The position numbers and the translations under genes were made by a program. The notes below the pieces were generated by a model. The model searched no databases. It saw only the letters and a list, made by a program, of their open reading frames with translations, and was not told the DNA's origin. This document shows, in pieces, positions 21,010 through 31,097 of a stretch of DNA of 64,000 bases; position 1 is the first letter of the stretch; the number at the start of each line of letters is the position of its first letter. Source of the DNA: Chlamydiales bacterium (lineage in GTDB: Bacteria; Chlamydiota; Chlamydiia; Chlamydiales; JAAZZY01); contig CBDBKM010000010.1 in assembly GCA_965206695.1 (NCBI GenBank), forward strand, positions 448,001 to 512,000, read 5' to 3'.

Positions 21010-22404
21010 CGTAAATGTACAAAACATTACACCGGGTAATAAGACAGATGCTCAATCAAAGAGGCATTTATGCAGATAAAGGTTATTGTATGAATCCGGC
21101 TAAGCAAGCTGTTGCTAAACGTACGTGTCATTTAGCGGCTATTAAGAAAAATAATATGAAGGAAAAGAATAAAGACTACGATCGATGGTATAGTGGTTTA
21201 TAGTCATTTAATTTTACATTGATAAGATTGCTTGATCAATAGCGAATTTAAAATTCGTAACTTTTCGTAATATCTCTCTAACTTTATTTTTCATATTAGC
21301 CCAATATTTTTCTATAGGATTTAAGTCCGGAGAATATGGAGGAAGAAACATAAGCTTACAACCGGCAGATTCTACTGTTTTCCTGCTTTCCGCTGACTTG
21401 TGAAAACCGGCATTGTCAAGAACAAGAACACTACCGGGTGTAAGCTGAGGAGTCAAAACTTCCTTAAGCCAAATATTGAATAACCCGGTATTACAAGTAC
21501 CTTCAAAACACATTGGAGATAAAAACTGCCCTTTAGATAGGGCTGAAATAATATTTTGCCTTATAAAGCGGTTTCCTGAAACCGCTCCAAAAACTTTTTT
21601 GCCGCGTAAGCTTCTTCCGGACTCACGAAATAAAAATTGATGAATCCCGGTTTCATCGAGATAAATTCTCTTGTCAAAGGGAATATTTTTTAAATCTTTC
21701 ATAAAAGCTTCCCGTTTCTTTTCATCTCTTTCCTTATAGCGAGTAGTTTTTTTTTTCGTGTAATTTTTAATCTTTTAAGGGCATAAAAAATCGTTTGCGG
21801 AGTGACTGAAAAATAATCAGCAATTTCCGATAAAAAATAATCCGGATGTTTTTCTACATATTTAGATAACAACTCATCATCTAATTTCTTATAAGCATAT
21901 TTTCTGCGGATTGGCTTTAAATGTCCTTTTTGCTTTTTTTGCAAGATCCATCGATATATTGTTGCGATACCTACTTGAAAAATATGGCCGGCTGTTTTTT
22001 TATCATGATGTTTTTCTATATGTTGTCATACTTTCTCTCGAAGATCTACTGAATAGGCTCTAGGCATTGTTTTGTCCTTACTGTTTGTATAAAAAAAGAA
22101 GGATAACATATTATCAAATAAAAATTAAAATACTATACGCTCGCCTTATAAGCGAGTTTTTTCTCAGGATCCTAAGCGCATCCGTTATCGTGGTGTTTCT
22201 AAGAAGCAATTTTCGGCCTTGATGCAAGCGATAAGCTTGCATTTAAAACGCTTATTGGTGCTTGTCTACGTTCCGTCAAATTTTCCGGCTTGCAACAGCA
22301 AACTCCTATAAATAGCTTTAAAAGCTTTTAAAATAAACGATTAAAATCCAATCTAATTTTTTGCATTTCTAAATCCTAAAAACCTGTTAGCTCGCAACAC
22401 ACCC
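21010..22404 (+). mobile_element. IS5-family remnant (3' part) interrupted by IS630 copy 3
   Basis: YADKGY...DRWYSGL joins in frame to RSPYKRVFS once the IS630 and one TA are removed. Confidence 0.8.
21201..22135 (-). mobile_element. IS630-family element copy 3 (orfA nonsense)
   Basis: Same ends and ORFs on minus strand; TA flanks. Confidence 0.96.
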
Positions 22405-22747
22405 ATTCAGTGACCATTGCTAACAACCGTTGATATAAGACGCCGACTGCCTTATGGTGGAGGAGCAGTGTACCGAATATAAGAGTTAACAAGAATATGA
22501 AACAAAACTTTAATCGAGACGCTTTCATCTCAATGCTTAAGCAAAGTATTTTATCGCTTAAGAGTCATAAATATTTTTTGTTTCAAAAATGAAGTCCTGA
22601 TCAGATTGAAGCATTCTGTTGGGATCTCAATTTTGCCCGTTTGAGTTATTAATCAGCTACTCCTTAATTGTTTAGTATAAATTATTTAATAAAATATGCT
22701 TTTTAACATAAAATTAACAATTAAATCGTATAATCTTTTTTATGTAA

Positions 22748-23051
22748 CCGACATTCCTAGACCGTAAGATATTTTTTTTGAATTAGAATTATAGATTGCC
22801 TATCCTGTTACTTTTTATTTGATACAAGGAGAAAAGTTATGCCGGAAGTTGCAGGAGATAATATTCAAACAGTGAACATGGATCACCATGGATTAATTGC
22901 AGCACTTTGCAGCGATCTAAAAGTAGCGGAAAGGATTGATACCGGATTAAAAAATCATCCACAAAGAAAAGTAAGTGCGGGACAGGCAGTAATTGCAATA
23001 AGGATGTATGGCTTAATTAGAAAAACTTGTTTAGAGGTCTAGGAATGTCGG
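22748..23051 (+). mobile_element. Internally deleted IS1634-type element (MITE-like)
   Basis: 16-bp perfect TIR CCGACATTCCTAGACC, 6-bp direct repeat ATGTAA; retains MDHHGLIAALC...KVSAGQAV N-terminus. Confidence 0.85.
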
Positions 23052-23096
23052 ATGTAAAAACATATAAATATAATAAATAGGAAATATAAGTATATT

Positions 23097-23714
23097 ATGA
23101 CTATTAACAATAATCAAAATAATCAATATGGGAAAATTCCTCTATTCCCTTCTAGTGCTAAGGATAATTCTAATATCGGGTATAGTACTGAGCAGCTAAA
23201 TTTAATCATTGCTAAAGAATTGTTTCAGCAATTTACTACTTTTATTGCTTTAAGCGACGATCAAGATCAAAAGAATAACGTCATAGAACAGAAGACATGC
23301 AAACTTATAAAACAGACAAACCTTAATATGACCCGCATAGAATCGGAGCTATTGGCGCAAAGAGGCAAGCTTCCGCCAATGAAGACAAAAAAGGAGTGGT
23401 TGCGTACTGAAGGGAAAGCAATTGAGGCAGCTCTGAATGGGAAAATTTCTCTATTCTCTTCTACTGCTAAGTATAATTCTAATATCCGGTATAGTAAGCA
23501 GCCTACTACTCTTCTAGAGACAGACAAACTTCTAGAGACAGACAAACTTCTAGAGACAGACAAACTTATAGAACAGGCAAAACGCAATATGACCCGCATA
23601 GAATCGGAGCTATTGGCGCAAAGAGGCAAGCGTCCGCAAATAAAGACAAAAGAGGAGTGGTTGCGTACTGACGGGAAAGCAATTGAGGCAGATCTGATAT
23701 TAAGGCGTATTTGA
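23097..23714 (+). CDS. Hypothetical protein with internal duplication, effector-like
   Basis: Two copies of GKI.LF.S.AK.NSNI.YS...NMTRIESELLAQRGK...EWLRT.GKAIEA; Asn-rich N-terminus. Confidence 0.65.
   Translation: MTINNNQNNQYGKIPLFPSSAKDNSNIGYSTEQLNLIIAKELFQQFTTFIALSDDQDQKNNVIEQKTCKLIKQTNLNMTRIESELLAQRGKLPPMKTKKEWLRTEGKAIEAALNGKISLFSSTAKYNSNIRYSKQPTTLLETDKLLETDKLLETDKLIEQAKRNMTRIESELLAQRGKRPQIKTKEEWLRTDGKAIEADLILRRI
23511..23567 (+). repeat. 18-bp tandem repeat x3 (LLETDK)
   Basis: CTTCTAGAGACAGACAAA repeated three times. Confidence 0.9.
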
Positions 23715-23842
23715 TTAATAAAATTTTTTTAGAGAGATGGGTTTAGAACCGTCATTCCTCAGCAAAAAATATAATTTTGTTTTAGAATAGAAAGGAGTTA
23801 TATTTTTTGCTATGAAATTGAGTTCCCAAAATATAGATCATT

Positions 23843-24005
23843 GATCTTGCAACCTGTTTTACACACATGAAACACATAATTTTTGTGTTATTATAGGCTT
23901 CTTCAAATTGCTCAGGAGAAATGTATCCTAAAGAAGAATAAAGCCTTCTGCGATTATACAAATATTCAAATATTGCCAATTTAGCCTCTTTTTTAGTTTT
24001 AAATT
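23843..24005 (-). mobile_element. IS3-family transposase C-terminal remnant
   Basis: AIFEY..YNRRRLYSSLGYISPEQFE. Confidence 0.7.
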
Positions 24006-24048
24006 TTTAAAAAAATTATGTGTATAGTCTATTTGACTTCATATCTAA

Positions 24049-25615
24049 AGGGTGTGTTGCGAGCTAACAGGTTTTTAGGATTTAGAAATGCAAAAAATTA
24101 GATTGGATTTTAATCGTTTATTTTAGAAGCTTTTAAAGCTATTTATAGGAGTTTGCTGTTGCAAGCCGGAAAATTTGACGGAACGTAGACATAGCTATCC
24201 TTCAATTTTATAACCGCACCAAAATTTATCATTACCCTTACAACCAATACGGGCTTGTCTATCGGTAGCAACCTTCGGTAGTACCTCATTATTTAATTTC
24301 TCGTATTTAGTTTGTAGGGCTTTATCTCGTTCTTTCCATAAATTGGCTTTATAGTATTTTAATTTTTATTTGATAATATGTTATCCTTCTTTTTTTATAC
24401 AAACAGTAAGGACAAAACAATGCCTAGAGCCTATTCAGTAGATCTTCGAGAGAAAGTATGACAACATATAGAAAAACATCATGATAAAAAAACAGCCGGC
24501 CATATTTTTCAAGTAGATATCGCAACAATATATCGATGGATCTTGCAAAAAAAGCAAAAAGGACATTTAAAGCCAATCCGCAGAAAATATGCTTATAAGA
24601 AATTAGATGATGAGTTGTTATCTAAATATGTAGAAAAACATCCGGATTATTTTTTATCGGAAATTGCTGATTATTTTTCAGTCACTCCGCAAACGATTTT
24701 TTATGCCCTTAAAAGATTAAAAATTACACGAAAAAAAAAACTACTCGCTATAAGGAAAGAGATGAAAAGAAACGGGAAGCTTTTATGAAAGATTTAAAAA
24801 ATATTCCCTTTGACAAGAGAATTTATCTCGATGAAACCGGGATTCATCAATTTTTATTTCGTGAGTCCGGAAGAAGCTTACGCGGCAAAAAAGTTTTTGG
24901 AGCGGTTTCAGGAAACCGCTTTATAAGGCAAAATATTATTTCAGCCCTATCTAAAGGGCAGTTTTTATCTCCAATGTGTTTTGAAGGTACTTGTAATACC
25001 GGGTTATTCAATATTTGGCTTAAGGAAGTTTTGACTCCTCAGCTTAAACCCGGTAGTGTTCTTATTCTTGACAATGCCGGTTTTCACAAGTCAGCGGAAA
25101 GCAGGAAAACAGTAGAATCTGCCGGTTGTAAGCTTATGTTTCTTCCTCCCTATTCTCCGGACTTAAATCCTATAGAAAAATATTGGGCTAATATGAAAAA
25201 TAAAGTTAGAGAGATATTACGAAAAGTTACGAATTTTAAATTCGCCATTGATCAAGCAATCTTATCAATATAAAATTAAATGACTATAGCAATCAAATGA
25301 GTGGCGTCTACGAAGCTAAAAACTTCATTCATCACTCCTTGTTTTCTTAGTTGATCTCTTAAGTCAGCAAAAATTTTGGATAGGATCTGTGTCCCTATTT
25401 TGTGCCTAACTTTACAAAAAGTGGTATGATCAGGAGTATTCTCTCTCAAACTAAAGCGATACAACTACTTGGCTGCAGTATTCTCTTGAATGTAGCGTTC
25501 CGGCTCTCGATCGCTTAGATTTTCCATGAACTGAAGAAGTAAGCATTTAAATAATCGAAGAAGTCCGTATCTTTTATAAGGATTATTTTTCTCCAATTGC
25601 TTTAGCTTTTTAGAA
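24049..25615 (-). mobile_element. IS5-family remnant interrupted by IS630 copy 4; its end is an inverted copy of 22265-22404
   Basis: TPDHTTFCKVR, FVDATHLIA; about 140 bp inverted identity with 22265-22404. Confidence 0.8.
24352..25286 (+). mobile_element. IS630-family element copy 4 (orfA nonsense)
   Basis: Empty-site paralogue ATTGGCTT-TA-GCAAT at about 60971-60985 shows the TA duplication directly. Confidence 0.97.
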
Positions 25616-25664
25616 AAATAGTCACTTAGATTTCAACAGTTCCTACTAGTAAAAAGTTTATTAT

Positions 25665-25920
25665 CTAACATGAATTTACAGAAAAGATGTTGCTTAATTT
25701 ACTTGGGCTAGGATGTCTTTTGTTAGGTGCTAAGATTTGCAGCCTTTCTCGAAAAAGCCGGTTCGATAAAGTGCGGGTTGTAACTGAAAAAATGACACTT
25801 GCCTCTTTTCGTGTTCTCACATTTTTAATATATTTTAAAGCTTGTTTTCTTACATCAAGTGAATATGTCATCCGAATATTTTACATGAATAAAATAAAAA
25901 ATAAAATTTAATTCACTATA
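25665..25920 (-). mobile_element. Remnant of a different IS630-family element (HTH N-terminus)
   Basis: MTYSLDVRKQALKYI; terminus AAAATTTAATTCACTATA. Confidence 0.65.
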
Positions 25921-25991
25921 ACGCACCTCTGTAGCGCGAAACTCCTGATAGAATCTCTTCTTATGGTTATGATTCTATATTTGTTGGTATA

Positions 25992-26925
25992 TAGTATTTT
26001 AATTTTTATTTGATAACATGTTGTCCTTTTTTTTTTATACAAACAGTAAGGACAAAACAATGCCTAGAGCCTATTCAGTAGATCTTCGAGAGAAAGTATT
26101 ACAACATATAGAAAAACATCATGATAAAAAAACAGCCGGCCATATTTTTCAAATAGGTATCGCAACAATATATCGATGGATCTTGCAAAAAAAGCAAAAA
26201 GGACATTTAAAGCCAATCCGCAGAAAATATGCTTATAAGAAATTAGATGATGAGTTGTTATCTAAATATGTAGAAAAACATCCGGATTATTTTTTATCGG
26301 AAATTGCTCATTATTTTTCAGTCACTCCGCAAACGATTTTTTATGCCCTTAAAAGATTAAAAATTACACGAAAAAAAAAACTACTCGCTATAAGGAAAGA
26401 GATGAAAAGAAACGGGAAGCTTTTATGAAAGATTTAAAAAATATTCCCTTTGACAAGAGAATTTATCTCGATGAAACCGGGATTCATCAATTTTTATTTC
26501 GTGAGTCCGGAAGAAGCTTACGCGGCAAAAAAGTTTTTGGAGCGGTTTCAGGAAACCGCTTTATAAGGCAAAATATTATTTCAGCCCTATCTAAAGGGCA
26601 GTTTTTATCTCCAATGTGTTTTGAAGGTACTTGTAATACCGGGTTATTCAATATTTGGCTTAAGGAAGTTTTGACTCCTCAGCTTACACCCGGTAGTGTT
26701 CTTATTCTTGACAATGCCGGTTTTCACAAGTCAGCGGAAAGCAGGAAAATAGTAGAATCTGCCGGTTGTAAGCTTATGTTTCTTCCTCCATATTCTCCGG
26801 ACTTAAATCCTATAGAAAAATATTGGGCTAATATGAAAAATAAAGTTAGAGAGATATTACGAAAAGTTACGAATTTTAAATTCGCTATTGATCAAGCAAT
26901 CTTATCAATGTAAATTAAATGACTA
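25992..26925 (+). mobile_element. IS630-family element copy 5, intact orfA (start about 26060) and orfB, potentially autonomous
   Basis: Codon 14 is TTA, not TGA; A10 shift site retained. Confidence 0.96.
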
Positions 26926-26982
26926 TATACTCTTCGCTACTGAAAGGTACACAAAACAGTATAAATATGATATTAGTTTTGC

Positions 26983-27310
26983 ATGAACCGATTAACTCCC
27001 AATCAAAGAAGCACTTTTGAATTTCAGGTAAAAAAGACCCGTGATATAAATGAACGTAATCGTTTGTGTGTGCTTCTTGCACGAGATGAAGGTCTAGAGC
27101 CTGATCACATTGCTCATGTTCTGCGCTTAAGCCGCTCGAGTGTTTATGGGTATTTGAGAGAATTTCAATCAAAAGGAAAAACTCGGTATGATACCAAGGG
27201 AGGATCAGCCGGTAAATTATCCAAACTGCAAACGAAAGAACTAGTGGACCATCTTTCTCAATACACCTATAGAAGGGTTAAGGATGTATGTGCGTATGTC
27301 TTAGAACAAT
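26983..27310 (+). mobile_element. IS630-family (third type) transposase N-terminal remnant
   Basis: HTH-like ERNRLCVLL...IAHVLRLSRSSVYGYL...GGSAGKLS; degrades after about 27310. Confidence 0.65.
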
Positions 27311-27519
27311 GTTTGCTTTTTGGGATTGCACATTGTTCTAATCAATGGGAAAAAACGCGAAGTAACGAATTTAAAAGAAAGACATGCAATTATTTTACGC
27401 CGTTGAGGGCTACCCTACGAAAAATGATATTATTCTGAACTATGGTGATGAATCTCGGTTCTAGTGAAGTATCTATTTGTTGCACTTCATAGTTGAAAAG
27501 GCTAAATGATAAGATTCCG

Positions 27520-28182
27520 TTAAGGAATAAACCAAAAGTAATCGCCGGAAAAACTTACTTCACTAAATAATTGTTCCCATTCAGATCCATGAAGGATGGA
27601 TTTAGCTGTAAGATTCCAATTGTGAAGGAGCGCTTTTTCTTTTGCGGTTTTATATCCGTCAACCATGATAAAGCTATGTTTTTTACTTACACGTTCTATT
27701 TCTTTTAGAGCTTTAACTAAATCATCACCTTCAAAATTATGAATGGTATTAATCGAAATGACCAGATCAAATGAATCATTGAGGTAAGGTAAGTCTCGAG
27801 CATCTGCCGTCTGTACCTTTGATTTAATATCAGGATGGGCATTTTGAATTGCATATGAGGAGATATCTATCCCTTGTACTTGTATCCCGGGTATTAAACT
27901 GACAAAATCATACAACAAAAATCCTTTTGCACATCCGATATCTAAAATAGAATGATCTTTAGTTAGGCGATAGTAATTTTGAAAATCCTTCACCACTTGC
28001 TGCCAAAATCTAGGATGATAGTGATAGCCGCCATAACCGTTTTTTCTATCTCCATCGAAAAATTCTTGGCCAAATTGACGTGCAATTAATCGCTCTTTTT
28101 CGGTTTTCTGCTCTTGCCTTTTAGTCACATCTCTTTTCGCTTTAGGAAAAGATTTAAGTAAGTTTATTTCCTGTCCCATCAT
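27520..28182 (-). CDS. Class I SAM-dependent methyltransferase
   Basis: ILDIGCAKGFL, GIDIS, FDLVISINTIHN. Confidence 0.9.
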   Translation of the reverse strand: MMGQEINLLKSFPKAKRDVTKRQEQKTEKERLIARQFGQEFFDGDRKNGYGGYHYHPRFWQQVVKDFQNYYRLTKDHSILDIGCAKGFLLYDFVSLIPGIQVQGIDISSYAIQNAHPDIKSKVQTADARDLPYLNDSFDLVISINTIHNFEGDDLVKALKEIERVSKKHSFIMVDGYKTAKEKALLHNWNLTAKSILHGSEWEQLFSEVSFSGDYFWFIP

Positions 28183-28190
28183 TGAAATCC

Positions 28191-29261
28191 TTAAAAAGGT
28201 CCCGTAAAAAATTTATCCGGTACATCCAAGGGACGCTTTTGATTTTCTATCATTTTTTGTAATAACAGCTTAACTCTTGAGCCCTTCATCATCATATCAC
28301 ATACTTTTAATGCGATACCTTCAACAGTGGGGTAGTAATGGTTTGCCAGAGCCCAGCTGGTAGGGCATGGTTTATCCGGATAGGTCATTCTAACAGGGGG
28401 GATATGTAAACAATCCATCGCTTCCTCTACAATAGTAGCGAGTATTTCAGCAGCAAAACCACATGTCTTCCAATCCGGATCTAAAACTAATACTCTACCT
28501 GTTTTTCTTACAGATTCTAAGATCGCCTCTTTATCAAAAGGTTTGATCGTTCTTAGATCGATTAATTCAGCTGAAATACCTTCTTCTTCCAATAGGTTGA
28601 CTGCCTTTAGAGCCTCTAATATCATGTGAGAGCAGGAGATAATAGAAATATCTTTTCCTTCTTTCATAACTTTTGCTTTACCCAAAGGAACAGAATAGAC
28701 CTCTTCGGGTACTATTCCAAAGGTATTATGCAGCCATCTGTGTTCCAAAAAAATGACAGGGTTGTTATCTTGCACAGCTGATATAAAAAGTCCTTTAGCG
28801 TTATAACAATTAGAAGGCATCACGACTTTAAGACCCGGAATATGAGCAAATATGCTATGTAGCGTCTGAGAATGCTGAGGACCTTGTCCCCATCCTCTAC
28901 CCAACAAAGCTCTTATCACAATGGGGACTTGTGCCTTTTTTCCGAACATATAATGCCATTTAGAAGCATTATTAATGATTTGATCTAATGACAATAATGA
29001 AAAATCAATCCTTTGATGTGTCATAATTGGCCGAAGGCCCTTTAGAGCAGAGCCAATGATAATACCTGTCATCGCATTTTCGGAAGTCGGCATATCCATC
29101 ACTCGATGAGAGCCGTATTTTTCCTCTAAATTAAGAGTTGTGCCAAATAAACCTTTAGGATCAGGTACACCCAAACCTATGACGTATACCGTCTCATCTA
29201 AACCCATGATCTGATCAGTAGCTTCTTGTATTGCTTCAAAAAATTTAATTTCTCTGTCCAT
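28191..29261 (-). CDS. ThDP-dependent dehydrogenase E1 beta-like subunit (sugar cluster)
   Basis: DMPTSENAMTG, GQGPQHSQ, IPGLKVVMP. Confidence 0.9.
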   Translation of the reverse strand: MDREIKFFEAIQEATDQIMGLDETVYVIGLGVPDPKGLFGTTLNLEEKYGSHRVMDMPTSENAMTGIIIGSALKGLRPIMTHQRIDFSLLSLDQIINNASKWHYMFGKKAQVPIVIRALLGRGWGQGPQHSQTLHSIFAHIPGLKVVMPSNCYNAKGLFISAVQDNNPVIFLEHRWLHNTFGIVPEEVYSVPLGKAKVMKEGKDISIISCSHMILEALKAVNLLEEEGISAELIDLRTIKPFDKEAILESVRKTGRVLVLDPDWKTCGFAAEILATIVEEAMDCLHIPPVRMTYPDKPCPTSWALANHYYPTVEGIALKVCDMMMKGSRVKLLLQKMIENQKRPLDVPDKFFTGPF

Positions 29262-29273
29262 TACACCGAATCC

Positions 29274-30245
29274 TTAAGCATATATATCTTCATTAATATC
29301 TACGGTAGGGAAGGAAGCATTCTCTGAAAATTCAAAAGCCTCTTTAATTTCTAAGCTAATATCACGTCTATATTGATCCGGTAATGCATCATTAAGATAT
29401 TGATTGTGACGTAATATTTTTTCATAAGATGATACAGGGCACCTTTTATGCCAATAATCGACTTCATCTTGAGGCCGATATCCCAAAGGGTCAAAGTTGG
29501 GGCCGCAATGTTCTCGATATCGATAGGTCTCAAACTCGAGGTAACAAGGACCTTTGTTTTCTCTAATATATTGAACGGCAGCTTGTGTTATATGATAGAC
29601 TTCTTCAACATCATTCCCATAACCCTTCATAGCATACAATCCATGAGCTTTTGCTATGCCCATACGATCTCTTTTCTCAGGCTGTCTAACAGATAGGGGA
29701 GAGTAAACAGAATAAAAGTTATTTTCACAGACAAATAAGACAGGTAAATTTCTCAAAGAGGCAAAGTTTAAACTCTCTGCCCATACACCTTCTTCAGTAG
29801 CGGCCTCACCAAAAAAAATGACTGTAATTGCTTGCTCCTTCTTAAGAGAAGAAGCAAAGGCGACGCCGACACCTATGGGTATACTACCCCCAACAATGGG
29901 TGTCGTCCCGATAATATTGACATCTAGATCTATTAAATGTTGAGATCCGCCGATGCCTGAAGAACAACCATTTTCTTTACCATAAATTTCTGCCAGCATT
30001 TTTTTTAAGGAGCCTCCTTTAGAAAGATAGTGAGCATGTGCGCGGTGATTGCTAACCAGATTATCAGATGTTAGCATATTTTTAGCGACTCCTACAGCTA
30101 TTGCCTCTTGCCCAATGCTAAGATGAACGGGACACCTCATTTTTTGCTCCGGATATTTATCTATTATCGCTTCTTCAATCATCCGAATGCGGAGCATATC
30201 GTAAAAAAGCTCTAAAGTCAGTTTCTCAGTGATCTCTTGTGCCAT
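29274..30245 (-). CDS. ThDP-dependent dehydrogenase E1 alpha-like subunit (sugar cluster)
   Basis: HLSIGQEA, FFGEAATEEG...CENN, TYRYREHCG. Confidence 0.9.
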   Translation of the reverse strand: MAQEITEKLTLELFYDMLRIRMIEEAIIDKYPEQKMRCPVHLSIGQEAIAVGVAKNMLTSDNLVSNHRAHAHYLSKGGSLKKMLAEIYGKENGCSSGIGGSQHLIDLDVNIIGTTPIVGGSIPIGVGVAFASSLKKEQAITVIFFGEAATEEGVWAESLNFASLRNLPVLFVCENNFYSVYSPLSVRQPEKRDRMGIAKAHGLYAMKGYGNDVEEVYHITQAAVQYIRENKGPCYLEFETYRYREHCGPNFDPLGYRPQDEVDYWHKRCPVSSYEKILRHNQYLNDALPDQYRRDISLEIKEAFEFSENASFPTVDINEDIYA

Positions 30246-30266
30246 AAAACTACACTCTAAATTAGG

Positions 30267-31097
30267 TTAATTTTTCTTCCATATAGTACTATTTCTTCTT
30301 AGCTTATACAGATCATGATCAATATTTAACTTCTTCTCTAACTCATTAGAACCCCACGCATCAGATACAACGCTGAAATTTCTTCCGCCCACTTCTTTGC
30401 ATGGTGTTGTGATTAACCAGTTGCAACAATCAATAACATCATTCATTGGGGTACATTCATTATTGTGGAGTCTATCTAAAGTCCTTTGATAGTTATCTCC
30501 TGAAGCCTTAGATCCTAAGCGAAGTGTCGGTTCATGAATTTTGGTCTTCACACAACCGGGACCCACAATAACAAATCGAACATCAGGAATTTCTGCATCT
30601 AATAATTCACACATCTTGATTAATGCTATTTTAGATAAGGTATAACTCGAATAATGTGTGACAGCATTATTCGTTCCTCCTCCGGCAAAAAAGAGGACAA
30701 CCGGGTCTAGATCATCTGAAGAAAATGCTCTTTTAGGCAACAGTCGATGTACAATTCTTAACTGTTGTAGCAGATTAACCTGCATGCTTTCTTCCCAATG
30801 ATCAAAATCAACAGTATCAAAATTACCGATAGGCTCTAAATTTCCAGGCGCTAATATCATCACATCCCAAGAAGAATAATTTTCTATGATGGCATCACAA
30901 GTATTTACAACGGATTGTACATTTGTTAAATCACATGGATAGCAATGAACACCATGTTGTGTTGTTAACTTGTCGACTAAAGGCGAAGGTGTACGATAAG
31001 TACCGGACACATTCCAGCCTTTAGATCGCCAATCTTTTGCAAGAGCGGCTCCTATATCACTGGAAACGGATATTATAATAGCGTTTTTATTTTTCAT
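30267..31097 (-). CDS. Short-chain dehydrogenase/reductase
   Basis: YTLSK catalytic motif; atypical nucleotide-binding ISVSSDIG. Confidence 0.85.
   Translation of the reverse strand: MKNKNAIIISVSSDIGAALAKDWRSKGWNVSGTYRTPSPLVDKLTTQHGVHCYPCDLTNVQSVVNTCDAIIENYSSWDVMILAPGNLEPIGNFDTVDFDHWEESMQVNLLQQLRIVHRLLPKRAFSSDDLDPVVLFFAGGGTNNAVTHYSSYTLSKIALIKMCELLDAEIPDVRFVIVGPGCVKTKIHEPTLRLGSKASGDNYQRTLDRLHNNECTPMNDVIDCCNWLITTPCKEVGGRNFSVVSDAWGSNELEKKLNIDHDLYKLRRNSTIWKKN

Noticed and set aside
23511..23567. CRISPR-like array
   Set aside because: Direct tandem 18-bp units without spacers, in frame within an ORF; no cas genes seen. I found no CRISPR array in the window.
28191..30245. Second pyruvate dehydrogenase complex
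   Set aside because: No E2 or E3 nearby, embedded in a sugar cluster, and canonical pdhABC is present at 15070-18543.
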